Of a stretch of 64,000 bases of DNA, positions 1-9,365 are shown piece by piece. The translations under genes and the position numbers were made by a program. Positions within the stretch are counted from its first letter, which is position 1; every line of letters begins with the position of its first letter. The DNA is taken from the NCBI GenBank assembly GCA_963740355.1, contig CAVUDW010000003.1:1824001-1888000 (forward strand), written 5' to 3'. The DNA is from an uncultured Gemmatimonadaceae bacterium. GTDB taxonomy: Bacteria > Gemmatimonadota > Gemmatimonadetes > Gemmatimonadales > Gemmatimonadaceae. The notes under the pieces are model-generated. The model saw nothing but the letters and a program-made list of their open reading frames with translations, was not told the DNA's origin and made no database searches.

Positions 1-1
1 C

Positions 2-1123
2 TTCGGAATTGACGTACGCCGAGTCGCGTTCGGTGACGATGATGCGTCCAGTGCCGGTGTTCGCGCTCACCAGCATCAGGTCCAGTTGCACCTGTCGCCG
101 CGGGACACGCTGCACCGAGATCGAATCCGCATCGAGCCACTCGAGGCGCGTGATGTACTGCCCGGTATCGGGACCAACATCGAGCGGGTGTCGATTACTG
201 CCGTCGGCACCGATGACGTGAATCGTGACGCGGGAATTTGCCTCGCCAGCCTTGGGATACCGCAGCGTCGACACCTTTGGGTAGACGCCCAGTTCATCGA
301 CGATCGGCATGGCCGGCACGGCCGACTGATCGAAGCGCCAGAAGGCGATGCGCTTGCTATCCGGACTCCAGCGGAAGGCATCGCGAAGGCCGAGCTCCTC
401 CTCGTACACCCAGTCGGTGGTGCCGTTGATGATGTCGTCGCTGCCGTCCGCAGTGAGTCGCGTCTCGGCGCCAGTGCGCAGATCCTTGACCCAAAGGTCG
501 TTGGCACGTCCGTACGCGACCTTGCTGCCATCAGGCGAGAACTTCGCGAACATCTGCAGGTTCGGGTCTGACGCGCCACTTGCCAGCCCTGTCGCGAGAA
601 AGCTTGGACCCACCGGTGGCCGCGACGCGACCGGGCCAGCCGCGCTGACGAGTGGCGTGACGGTCCTGGTGGCGAAATCCACCACGTGATAGAGGCCGCG
701 TGTATTGGTGCGCCAGACGCGCACCGACGAGTGGAAGATCAACGCCTTCGATTCGTCCGGCGACAGCGTCACATCTTCGACATCGAGTGCTGCACCAGCG
801 GCATCCTTGAGCACACCGACAGGGACCAACACCGTCTCTGCGCCGGTCACGGCATCGACCTTCACCAGCATCGTGCCGCCGATGTCGCTCTTCACGTTCA
901 GGTAACTCCGCCCATCCTTCATCCACTGCACGAAGGGCAGGCCCTGCGCCATGAAGTCACGCGTGCGGAAGATTCGCTCGACGGTGAGTGATGGCGGGGC
1001 GGCGACCTGTGCGCGCATCGTCGGCGCGAGCGCTGTCGACAGGAGCAACACCGGCACGAGCAACGTCTGGGCGAAAACCGCGGGGGCACCACTGAGGCGT
1101 AGGGCTGGCTGCAGCGAGGGCAT
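2..1123 (-). CDS. Dipeptidyl peptidase IV (S9B) family peptidase, N-terminal part; runs off the window edge
   Basis: Not in the ORF track (no stop inside the window). Read by hand from ATG at 1123: LTVERIF, FAKFSPDGSKVAY, IINGTTDWVYEEE, FRWSPDSKRIAFWRFD, LRYPKAGEANS, typical DPP IV beta-propeller motifs. Confidence 0.85.
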   Translation of the reverse strand, partial: MPSLQPALRLSGAPAVFAQTLLVPVLLLSTALAPTMRAQVAAPPSLTVERIFRTRDFMAQGLPFVQWMKDGRSYLNVKSDIGGTMLVKVDAVTGAETVLVPVGVLKDAAGAALDVEDVTLSPDESKALIFHSSVRVWRTNTRGLYHVVDFATRTVTPLVSAAGPVASRPPVGPSFLATGLASGASDPNLQMFAKFSPDGSKVAYGRANDLWVKDLRTGAETRLTADGSDDIINGTTDWVYEEELGLRDAFRWSPDSKRIAFWRFDQSAVPAMPIVDELGVYPKVSTLRYPKAGEANSRVTIHVIGADGSNRHPLDVGPDTGQYITRLEWLDADSISVQRVPRRQVQLDLMLVSANTGTGRIIVTERDSAYVNSE

Positions 1124-1140
1124 GAACCGGGTCGTGAGCG

Positions 1141-1545
1141 TTATTTCGGGAGCGGCGGCATGCGACGCCCTTCCCCTTCGAGACGGAAGACGGCGATCGG
1201 CGATCGCCAGGCGGTCGAGTCGCGATCGCGATAGGCGGTGACGTACCAGCGGTAGTTCTGCGAGAGCGAATACTTCAACGAGTCCGGCACCGTGACCTGC
1301 GTGTCGGTCGTGACTGCCGTGAACAACGGCACCGCGACCGAGTCCGACACGACGACTTCATATCGTGAGATGCCGGGCGATGGATGCCACGCGATGCGGC
1401 GATCACCGACCTTCACGTATCCGATCGGCGATGCGAGGGCGACGGTCACGCCGTCCTTGCCGCTGGGAGTCGCGACTTGGTCGGCGGGTTTGCACGCAAC
1501 GAACAGGGTGAGCAGCAGCGGAACGACAGAGAGATTTCGGGACAT
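1141..1545 (-). CDS. Small lipoprotein with an Ig/Fn3-like beta domain
   Basis: Lipobox-like LFVAC; YRWYV motif; similar to the C-terminal domain of 5860..6588. Confidence 0.65.
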   Translation of the reverse strand: MSRNLSVVPLLLTLFVACKPADQVATPSGKDGVTVALASPIGYVKVGDRRIAWHPSPGISRYEVVVSDSVAVPLFTAVTTDTQVTVPDSLKYSLSQNYRWYVTAYRDRDSTAWRSPIAVFRLEGEGRRMPPLPK

Positions 1546-2718
1546 TCAGCGGCGACCGGGGCGCCGGGGTGATCTGGCTTTCGCCTTGGTGGTGGCGCTG
1601 CGCGTGGCAGGCTTCGATCGGGAGGCAGCGGGTGCGGAGACCCGTGCCGATGCAATGACGGGGACGCGGCCGAGCAGGAGCTGGCCGGCGATGGCATCAA
1701 CCGCGCGCGCCGTGTTGCTGAGCACGGCGGCCGCGCGCTGCCGCTGCGGGTCCATTGCGACGTAAGTCGAGAATCCCGCGGCGTCCTGCGCGTCGTGCCA
1801 GTAGATGTCGCGACCGTCGAGTGGCAGCACACGCCAGCCAAGTGCGACGGGAAGCGAGGAATCGGGACCCGGACTGCGAAGACGCATCATGAGAGCAAAC
1901 GTACTGGCCAACGGGCCATGGATGGTGTCGCTGGCAGCAGCGGCAAATCGTGTCAGGTCGACGACCGACCCGCTCCAACTCCCCTCGATGCGCGCCGCCG
2001 CCGGCACCGGGGTGCCGTTGGTGGCGTGCCCCACCGCGTCGCGGCCAGTCGCCGCACGCGTGGTCAGCAGGACCAGATCGGTGATCTCGAGGGGCCCCAG
2101 AATCCGGGACTGGATCGCCTGCGGCAGGGGCATCTTCAGGTGACGGGAGAGTGCCAGACCGAGGATGTCGATTCCAAGCTGCGAGAAGGCGTATTGGCTG
2201 CCGATGTCGAACCTGAGGGGCTGACTGCGGACCGCACGATCGATTCGCTCGACCGCCGTGGCGCCAGCCACACGCGGCGCATTGGGCAGACCGGAGCGGT
2301 GGAAGGCGAGATCACCAAGGGTGATGGCTCGGCCCCGACGGTTGGGCAGGCGAATCGGCGCCGGCAGGTAGCCCTGAGCCAGCGCATCGAGGGAGATCTC
2401 CCCCCGAACCACCATGTTGGCGAGGAGGGCCGCCGTCAGGACCGCGCCGGCCTCGCCCAGCTGGAACCGGGTGTCACCGGCGATCGGCGCGCCGCCTTTG
2501 GCTGCACTACCCGCAGCAGCGGTGCGGAAAGTGTCCCCTTCCCGCCATGCGGTAGCGATGCCGCGGAAGGTGCCGTCATTGACCCGTCGGATCAGGGCGG
2601 CCCGAACGGTCACCGGGTCGAGTGGTGGCGCGCTCTGTGCAGCACCAGTCCCCGGAAGCAGGCTGAACAGGAGACCTACGACCGGCAGGCAGCGGCGCGC
2701 CATGAACGTGGCGGTCAT
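1546..2718 (-). CDS. Beta-lactamase/serine hydrolase-fold protein with catalytic motifs replaced
   Basis: Scaffold motifs DTRFQLG, ITLGDLAFHRSGLP, ALGW and GFSTY are present, with a signal peptide. The SxxK position reads EAGA. Start uncertain (2703/2718/2775). Confidence 0.8.
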   Translation of the reverse strand: MTATFMARRCLPVVGLLFSLLPGTGAAQSAPPLDPVTVRAALIRRVNDGTFRGIATAWREGDTFRTAAAGSAAKGGAPIAGDTRFQLGEAGAVLTAALLANMVVRGEISLDALAQGYLPAPIRLPNRRGRAITLGDLAFHRSGLPNAPRVAGATAVERIDRAVRSQPLRFDIGSQYAFSQLGIDILGLALSRHLKMPLPQAIQSRILGPLEITDLVLLTTRAATGRDAVGHATNGTPVPAAARIEGSWSGSVVDLTRFAAAASDTIHGPLASTFALMMRLRSPGPDSSLPVALGWRVLPLDGRDIYWHDAQDAAGFSTYVAMDPQRQRAAAVLSNTARAVDAIAGQLLLGRVPVIASARVSAPAASRSKPATRSATTKAKARSPRRPGRR

Positions 2719-2862
2719 GCCAGGCAGGTCTCTCGGCAGAGGAGGGCGACGGTGCACGGTGTGTCCACGATTCATGCTAGCGGCGGCAGCGGTATGACGC
2801 AGCGGTGGGCCCCTCGGGCGCCCGACGCCATGTCGCTCGGTCAGTCATACATTACGTCCAAG

Positions 2863-5700
2863 ATGCGACGACTCCCCCGAGTGGTTTTTCCGTTGTGTGT
2901 CCTGCTGGCTGGATCGGCCACCGCGCTGGCCGCGCAAGCGCCGCTCCGGTCTCGCTGGCAGGATAGCCTGCCGCCGCGGGCGTTCTACCGACTCGCGGCC
3001 TTGGCCAAGCAGACCGACAGCGTCGAAGCGCGGTCCGCCGAGTGGCGGGCGTGGGCCGCCGCCGCACCAACCCAGGCCGCCCCGCGCCTCGCCCTGGCGA
3101 TGCTGTCTCGATTTGACTCGCGGTACGCCGACGCCGGCGCCTGGCTGGACAGCGCGACGCGTGTGGCCACGACGCCGGTCTGGCGGACGGCCGTGCTGCG
3201 CGAGCGGGTCGGCGCACTCCTCAGCCGCGGCGAATTCACCGGCGTGCGGGAGATGCTGCAGGGCATCGTGGCCGACAGCGCCTCGCTGCCGCAGGGTGAA
3301 TGGGCGGAGTCGAAGTTCGTGCGGCTGGCGTTCGAGCGGCGGACCCGTGGGCGCGTGACGCTGGCCGGGATCGACTCGGTGTCCAGCGCGACGCCGGCCA
3401 ACGACACGATTCTCCGTGCACGACTGGCGTGCCTGCGCGCGGTGGCGGATCGGCCACGCATGATGCAGCACGCGGAAGAAGCCATCGCACTGGCGACCGG
3501 CGCCAATGCCCTGTTCATCCGCGCGAACTGCGAACTGGTGGTCGGCTCGCTGTTGTCACAGGCCGGTGAAGTCGGCCAGGCGCTGCTGTGGTACCTGCGC
3601 GCGGAGGAGACGGCACGTACCGCGCGCGACTTCCCGACGCTGGCCGGTGCCCTGCAGTTGCACGGCTACACCCTTCGCACCGTCGGGTACATCCGCTCCT
3701 CGCGGATGCGCCTGACCGAGGCCATTCGCGTCGCGCAACGCATCGACGATCGCAACATCGAGGCGTGGTCGCTGCTCAACGTGGCCGCCACCGCGCGCCA
3801 GATCGGCGACGCCGCCACGATGAGCAGTGCCCTGCGCCGCGCACTGTTGCTGTTCGAGGCCACCGGCGACCGAATCGGCTACGAAGAGTCGCTGCTCGAA
3901 CAGGCGATGTCGTTCATCATGCTGGGCGACTTGGTGCAGGCGGAGAAAGTCGCAGTGCGCGGCCGGATCATGGGCGACTCGCTGGGCGTCCGGCAGATGG
4001 TCCTGCGGTCGCTCTACATGCAAAGTGACATCGCAGTGCGCACGGGTCGACTCGACGAAGCCACCACGCTGCTCGACTCGGCGAGCAAGGTGGTGACCAC
4101 GCTGGGCGAAGCGTGGCGCATGCAGTTGCAGGAGTATCGCGGCTTGCTGGCGTTGCGTCGCGGCAAGCAGGAAGATGCGATCCGCATCCTCGATGAGGTG
4201 AAGAAGGGGTATCTCGCCAACGGGCAGGACCTGTTCCGCTATGACGTGGACGGGGCGCTGGCGTTGGCCTGGCTGCAACTGGGTGATTCGGTGCGCGCCG
4301 AGCGCACACTGATCGAAGCCAATCGCGACCTCGATGCCGCGCGCGATTCGCTGGCCGAGAGTGGGCTGCGCAAGGTGCTGACGGCGGTGGATGCGTGGGG
4401 TGGCACGAACGGAAACGTGGACAAGGTGCTGGCGGCGTTCGTGCAATCGCCGAGATGGTTGCCGACCGTGTTCTCCGTGACCGAGCGCGCACGGTCTCGC
4501 GCGCTGCTGAACGGTGTGCTGGGTGCAGAGACGACGAGCGACTCCACCAGCATCAATGAAGCGCGGCGGCGCGTGCGGGCGGGGGCGTCGGTGTTGGCCG
4601 ATGTGCAGAAGTCGCTCAAGCCGACCACGGCGTTGCTCGTGTATGCTGGCGGAGGTGCGTCAGCACGAACCTCGCTGATGATCATCACGAACCGGAGCGC
4701 CCGCGGCATCACGCTGCCGCCAATGGATTCGCTCGATCGCGAGATCGTGCGCTGGCTGGCGCTGATGGAGAGTGGTGAAACCGGCGCTGGCGCGGGGCGA
4801 CAGGTGTCGTCGTCGGTGCTCTCGACGGCGCTGCGTGGCTTGCCGTCGAGCATCAAGCGATTGGTGATCGTTCCACATGGGCCGCTCTATCGCGTGCCGT
4901 TCCAGGCGCTGCCGGTCGGCAATGGTGTGTTGGGTGATCGCGCGGTCGTCACCATTTCGCCCTCGGTATCACTGGCGCTCGCCTACGCGGCGGAGCCACG
5001 CTCGGTACCCGCGCGGGTGCTGGCGCTGGGCGCGGGTGATACGGAGATCACGAGTGCCATACCGCAGTCGCTCGAGATCAACGTTGAACGGTCCGAACGC
5101 GGCAATCCGTTGGCACCGCTGCTGGCGGCGGCGGATGAAGCTCGTGCGGCGGCTGGTTGGGGCACGGAATCGCTGGCGCTGACCGGTGTCGATGCATCGG
5201 AGGCGGCGCTCAAGCGCGCGGCGCGCGGTCCATACACGGTGCTGCACGCTGCAGCGCACGCCCTCACCAGTGACCAGACGCTGGGCGCGAACTATCTCAT
5301 CCTGCGCGCCGACTCCAGCGACGACGGCTACGTGTCCGGCGGTGAACTGGCGCAGTTGAGTGTCGGTCGAGCGATGGTGGTGCTGTCAGGATGCCGAACC
5401 ACCGGCGACTTCGGTTCGCGCGGCGATGCCATCGATGGCCTGGTGGCGCCGTTGCTGGCGCGCGGGGTTCGCACCGTGGTGGCGAGCCACTGGGCCGTCA
5501 GCGATCGGTGGACGAAGGTGCTGATGGAGCGCTTCTATCAGCAACTCGCCGCCGGCGCGACGACGGCGGAGGCGATGAACACTGCGCAGACATCATTGCG
5601 ACGCGCTGGTGTGCCGGCGCGATTCTGGGCGGCGTTCAGCGTGATCGGTGACGGGGCGCTGACATTCTCACCGGTCACGCCTGTGGGCGGCGGGCGCTGA
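2863..5700 (+). CDS. Secreted TPR-repeat + CHAT (caspase-like) domain protein
   Basis: Signal peptide from ATG 2863; helical TPR-like repeats; CHAT motifs LVIVPHGPLYRVPFQAL, VLHAAAH, VVLSGCRT, VVASHWAVSD, FWAAFSVIG. Confidence 0.88.
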   Translation: MRRLPRVVFPLCVLLAGSATALAAQAPLRSRWQDSLPPRAFYRLAALAKQTDSVEARSAEWRAWAAAAPTQAAPRLALAMLSRFDSRYADAGAWLDSATRVATTPVWRTAVLRERVGALLSRGEFTGVREMLQGIVADSASLPQGEWAESKFVRLAFERRTRGRVTLAGIDSVSSATPANDTILRARLACLRAVADRPRMMQHAEEAIALATGANALFIRANCELVVGSLLSQAGEVGQALLWYLRAEETARTARDFPTLAGALQLHGYTLRTVGYIRSSRMRLTEAIRVAQRIDDRNIEAWSLLNVAATARQIGDAATMSSALRRALLLFEATGDRIGYEESLLEQAMSFIMLGDLVQAEKVAVRGRIMGDSLGVRQMVLRSLYMQSDIAVRTGRLDEATTLLDSASKVVTTLGEAWRMQLQEYRGLLALRRGKQEDAIRILDEVKKGYLANGQDLFRYDVDGALALAWLQLGDSVRAERTLIEANRDLDAARDSLAESGLRKVLTAVDAWGGTNGNVDKVLAAFVQSPRWLPTVFSVTERARSRALLNGVLGAETTSDSTSINEARRRVRAGASVLADVQKSLKPTTALLVYAGGGASARTSLMIITNRSARGITLPPMDSLDREIVRWLALMESGETGAGAGRQVSSSVLSTALRGLPSSIKRLVIVPHGPLYRVPFQALPVGNGVLGDRAVVTISPSVSLALAYAAEPRSVPARVLALGAGDTEITSAIPQSLEINVERSERGNPLAPLLAAADEARAAAGWGTESLALTGVDASEAALKRAARGPYTVLHAAAHALTSDQTLGANYLILRADSSDDGYVSGGELAQLSVGRAMVVLSGCRTTGDFGSRGDAIDGLVAPLLARGVRTVVASHWAVSDRWTKVLMERFYQQLAAGATTAEAMNTAQTSLRRAGVPARFWAAFSVIGDGALTFSPVTPVGGGR

Positions 5701-5765
5701 CGGTCGATATGGCGTTCGCCATGCGTTGACGCGTAGCGCTTTCGTCGTGCAGCGCAGCGCAAACC

Positions 5766-5806
5766 AGAAAGGGCCGGCACTCCATCATCGGAGGCCGGCC
5801 CTTCTT
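5766..5806. terminator. Probable bidirectional intrinsic terminator
   Basis: Inverted repeat GAAAGGGCCGGC...GCCGGCCCTTCTT between convergent genes. Confidence 0.65.
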
Positions 5807-5859
5807 CGTTCCTTGCACGTCATTCGCGTACATCGCTTCGCTTGTCGTGCCAAACGCGA

Positions 5860-6588
5860 TCAGCGTACCGTGAAGGAGTCGACTCGCGACCGGATTTCGC
5901 TGCGATCTGCCGCGCGAGCTCGCACATACCACCGGTACGTTCCCGGCTTGAGCGACTGGGCCGGCACCACGACTTCGCTCTTGTTGGTCTCGTTGGCGAA
6001 GACGGGTGCGTCGTTCACATCCAGGACTTCAATGCTGTAGCGGGCATCATCGCGCAGCGGCTTCCACCGGAGCGTGATCGGTGCCTTTGCCTCGACTGGC
6101 GGCACTGCCAGCAGTTCAACCGCTGACCCTGACGACCGGACTTCATCGCCCGCCTGCGGCAGGGTGTACACGTACCAACTGGTGCCTGCCACCAGCATCA
6201 GCGATGCGGCGAGCAGCAGCGGCTTGAGGCCGGAGAGTGCGTCGCGCCGGCGGGGGCCGATGGTCCCATCCACAAAGGCGCGCGGTGCGGCGGAGGGCGT
6301 TCGCTTGGCATCGAAGTATTCATCGGCACCAGCGAGCGACGACCGCGCAGCCACTACATGCGCCAAGGTCCGCGCCCCTTCCGGGCTGGCGAGCAATTGC
6401 TCGATCACCGCGAAACGCGCGTCATCATCGCTCTCGGCATCGGCCAGCGCATCGAGCGCGGCGTCGGCCGGGAGCGACTCAGGGGTTGAGACCCGTTCTG
6501 CGTCGCGCGCCCAGATGAACGCGTCGCGAAGCGGCGCGGGCATCGGGCCCGGATCACGTGGCAGTTGCAGGTCGTCCGAACTCGTCAT
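5860..6588 (-). CDS. Putative anti-sigma factor (single TM helix, extracytoplasmic Ig-like domain)
   Basis: Overlaps the ECF stop by 4 nt; TM segment PLLLAASLMLVAGTSWYV; C-terminal beta domain. Confidence 0.65.
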   Translation of the reverse strand: MTSSDDLQLPRDPGPMPAPLRDAFIWARDAERVSTPESLPADAALDALADAESDDDARFAVIEQLLASPEGARTLAHVVAARSSLAGADEYFDAKRTPSAAPRAFVDGTIGPRRRDALSGLKPLLLAASLMLVAGTSWYVYTLPQAGDEVRSSGSAVELLAVPPVEAKAPITLRWKPLRDDARYSIEVLDVNDAPVFANETNKSEVVVPAQSLKPGTYRWYVRARAADRSEIRSRVDSFTVR

Positions 6589-7151
6589 TCCTCATTCCCC
6601 CATTCGATACCGCGCGCTACCAAATACTCGCGCAGGTCCGACAAACCACGATAGAGCAAGTTGCGGGTCTTGGCTTCACTCCACCCGAGCAACGCCTCGA
6701 TCTCATCCCGGCGATACCCTTCGAGGTGGAGCTTGACCACGGTACGTCGTGCAAGGCCGAGCGATTCCACACCGCTGCGAACCACCATCCCGAGCGACGC
6801 CGCCTCGACGTCGGCGTCGGGGCCAGGGCCAGGTGCAGGCAATGGCAGATCCTCGACCGGATCGTGCGTCGCCACGCGGCGGCGACGGCGCAGCAGATCC
6901 AGAACTGCCGTCGTGACCACGCGTTGGAGATAGGACGCGGACAGCTTCGAAATGTTCTCAGGCGTGCCGCACACCCGCCATAAACGGATGCGGACCTCCT
7001 GTTCAGCCTCGGTGATGTCGCTCGGCGGCAGCCGGTAGCGGGCACCCGTGGCCCGGATCGAGCCTGCGAACCGCCGGACGATATCGTCCAGCAGGGCCGA
7101 CAGTTCACGATCGTCCGGCGGCGCGGCGGCGAGGTCCATGCTGTCTTCCAT
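6585..7151 (-). CDS. ECF (sigma-70 family) RNA polymerase sigma factor
   Basis: Region 2 (EAEQEVRIRLW...AVLDLLRRRRR) and region 4 (EGYRRDEIEALLGWSEAKTRNLLYRG). Confidence 0.88.
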   Translation of the reverse strand: MEDSMDLAAAPPDDRELSALLDDIVRRFAGSIRATGARYRLPPSDITEAEQEVRIRLWRVCGTPENISKLSASYLQRVVTTAVLDLLRRRRRVATHDPVEDLPLPAPGPGPDADVEAASLGMVVRSGVESLGLARRTVVKLHLEGYRRDEIEALLGWSEAKTRNLLYRGLSDLREYLVARGIEWGNEE

Positions 7152-7174
7152 CGCCCCGTGGTTCAGTTCGGTAG

Positions 7175-9349
7175 TCAGACGGGCTTCCCCGAGAGAGGAT
7201 AAAAACGCTCTCCCTGTTCAGCCATGCGGCGCAGGCTCTCGGCCGCACGATAGCGACCCGGGAATTCACGCTCGAGCTCGTCGAGCGTCGACACGACGTT
7301 CGCCGCACCCGTGCGATCGATGAACCGGAACGGCCCACCCCGAAATGGCGGAAACCCGATCCCGAAGACGGCGCCGATGTCGCCATCGCGCGCCGAGCGC
7401 AGGATTCCATCTTCGAGGCAGAGCACGGCTTCGTTGAGCATGGCGTAGACGCATCGCTGCACGATACGCGCCGCAGGCTCCGTCGTGCGCTTCTGGCCCG
7501 TGGGCAGCAGGTCGTAGACCGAGCTGTCGACACCACCCTTCTTGCCGGCGTCGTCGTACAGATAGAAGCCGCGCTTGCCCTTCCGGCCAAGGCGACCGGC
7601 CTTGATCACCCGCTGCACCGACTCGTTCGGGGACATGCGCGCGCCGAAGGCCTCGGCCACGATCGCACCAGCCTTGGTCGCCACATCGAGCCCCACTTCA
7701 TCCACCAGCGTGATCGGTCCCACGGGAAAGCCGAACTTCACCAGTGCCTCGTCGATGCTTTCGATCGAGACCCCTTCGTCGAGCAACAGCCCCGCCGCGT
7801 TCACGTAAGGCGACAGCACACGATTGGCAAAGAAGCCGGGGCCGTCGCGCACCACGATCACCGTCTTGCCGAGCTTGCGGCCGTACGACACCGCACTCAC
7901 CACCACCTGCGGATCGTTGCCCGGATGGGTGATGATCTCGAGCAGCGGCATCTTGTGCACGGGCGAGAAGAAATGCATGCCCAGCACCCGTTCCGGTCGC
8001 ACACTGGCACTCGCAATACGACTGATCGGGATGGTGCTGGTGTTGCTGGCCACGATGGCACGTGGCGGCACCACCGATTCGATCTCACGCAGGACCTGGT
8101 GCTTCACCTGCAAATCCTCGAACACCGCCTCGATCACCATGTCGGCGTTGCCGAAGCCGGTGTAGTCGGTGGTGCCGCTGACCGAGAGCAGCAGGTCGTC
8201 GAATTGCGGCCGTGTGACCTGCTTCTTCACCAGCTTCTCGCGCATTACGTCGCGCACGGCAGCAAGGCCTTTTGCAACACGCGCCGTATCCGCGTCCTTC
8301 AATCGCACGATGGTACCGGCGGGGCTGGCGACGCTGGCGATCCCCGCGCCCATGAATCCGGCGCCAAGAATGCCGAGCTTCGCGATCGGCAGTGCCTTCG
8401 GCATCGGATCGACGTCGTCCACACCCATGTCGCGCTTCAAGGCGGTGGTAGCGAAGAAGAGGAAGACGAGCTCCTGCGATTCCGGCGTCATCGACAATTC
8501 GCCAAAAAGGCGAGCCTCGGTCTGGTACCCGTCACCATCGCTGCTGTATCCCGCGGCGACGGCATCGAGCGCGGCCAGCGGCGCGGGATAGAGCCCCTTC
8601 GTCTTCGCCAGCACACCTTCCTTCGCCTTGCGAAACACGATCGCGCGACCGATCGGATTTTCATCCAGCAACATCTCGCCGGCGCCATGCTTGCGGGCCT
8701 CGCGACGACGTGTGCCATCGGCCAATTCCGTTGCGCGCTGGAGCGCCACACGACGCAGGATGCTGGGATGCACCATCTCATCCACCAGGCCAAGCTGCAG
8801 CGCCTTCTTGGCGCGTACGGCCTTGCCGGTGAGGATCATGTCGAGCGCAGCCTGCAGTCCCACCAGCGCGGGCAGGCGCTGTGTGCCGCCGGCGCCGGGG
8901 ATCAGGCCAAGCTGCACTTCGGGCAGTGAGATGGCGGTCTTCGGGTTGTCGGTCGCGATGCGCCAGTGACAGGCGAGTGCCATCTCGGTGCCGCCACCGA
9001 GGCATCCGCCATTGATGGCACACACGACCGGCTTGCCGTCGGCGAGGGCGGCGAAGTCTGCATGTCCGGCGCGGCAGGAACGCTCCGCATCGGCCGCGCT
9101 GGTGAATTCGAGGAAGGCCTCGATGTCGGCGCCAGCGATGAAGTTGTCGCGCTTGCCGCTGATGATCACCGCGGCCCGAATCGACGGCTCGCGCTGGATG
9201 GTCTCGAACGCATCACGCAGCTCGAGCTGCGCGGCCACGGTGAAGATGTTCACCGGTGATCCAGGCGAATCGAAGGTGATCACGGCGATGCCGTTTTCGA
9301 CGTCGAGGCTGATCGCGCGCGACGGTGCGGAGGTGGCTGTGGCGGTCAT
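7175..9349 (-). CDS. fadJ: Fatty acid oxidation complex alpha subunit (enoyl-CoA hydratase/3-hydroxyacyl-CoA dehydrogenase)
   Basis: FIAGADI, CLGGG, LPEVQLGLIPGAGGTQRL, GAGFMGAGIA, ASNTS, GMHFFSPV; adjacent to the thiolase. Confidence 0.9.
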   Translation of the reverse strand: MTATATSAPSRAISLDVENGIAVITFDSPGSPVNIFTVAAQLELRDAFETIQREPSIRAAVIISGKRDNFIAGADIEAFLEFTSAADAERSCRAGHADFAALADGKPVVCAINGGCLGGGTEMALACHWRIATDNPKTAISLPEVQLGLIPGAGGTQRLPALVGLQAALDMILTGKAVRAKKALQLGLVDEMVHPSILRRVALQRATELADGTRRREARKHGAGEMLLDENPIGRAIVFRKAKEGVLAKTKGLYPAPLAALDAVAAGYSSDGDGYQTEARLFGELSMTPESQELVFLFFATTALKRDMGVDDVDPMPKALPIAKLGILGAGFMGAGIASVASPAGTIVRLKDADTARVAKGLAAVRDVMREKLVKKQVTRPQFDDLLLSVSGTTDYTGFGNADMVIEAVFEDLQVKHQVLREIESVVPPRAIVASNTSTIPISRIASASVRPERVLGMHFFSPVHKMPLLEIITHPGNDPQVVVSAVSYGRKLGKTVIVVRDGPGFFANRVLSPYVNAAGLLLDEGVSIESIDEALVKFGFPVGPITLVDEVGLDVATKAGAIVAEAFGARMSPNESVQRVIKAGRLGRKGKRGFYLYDDAGKKGGVDSSVYDLLPTGQKRTTEPAARIVQRCVYAMLNEAVLCLEDGILRSARDGDIGAVFGIGFPPFRGGPFRFIDRTGAANVVSTLDELEREFPGRYRAAESLRRMAEQGERFYPLSGKPV

Positions 9350-9365
9350 GGTGAGATGAATGTCG

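Noticed and set aside
1795..2862. N-terminal 356 aa of the 1301-aa ORF
   Set aside because: Antisense shadow of the beta-lactamase-fold gene; the signal peptide begins at ATG 2863.
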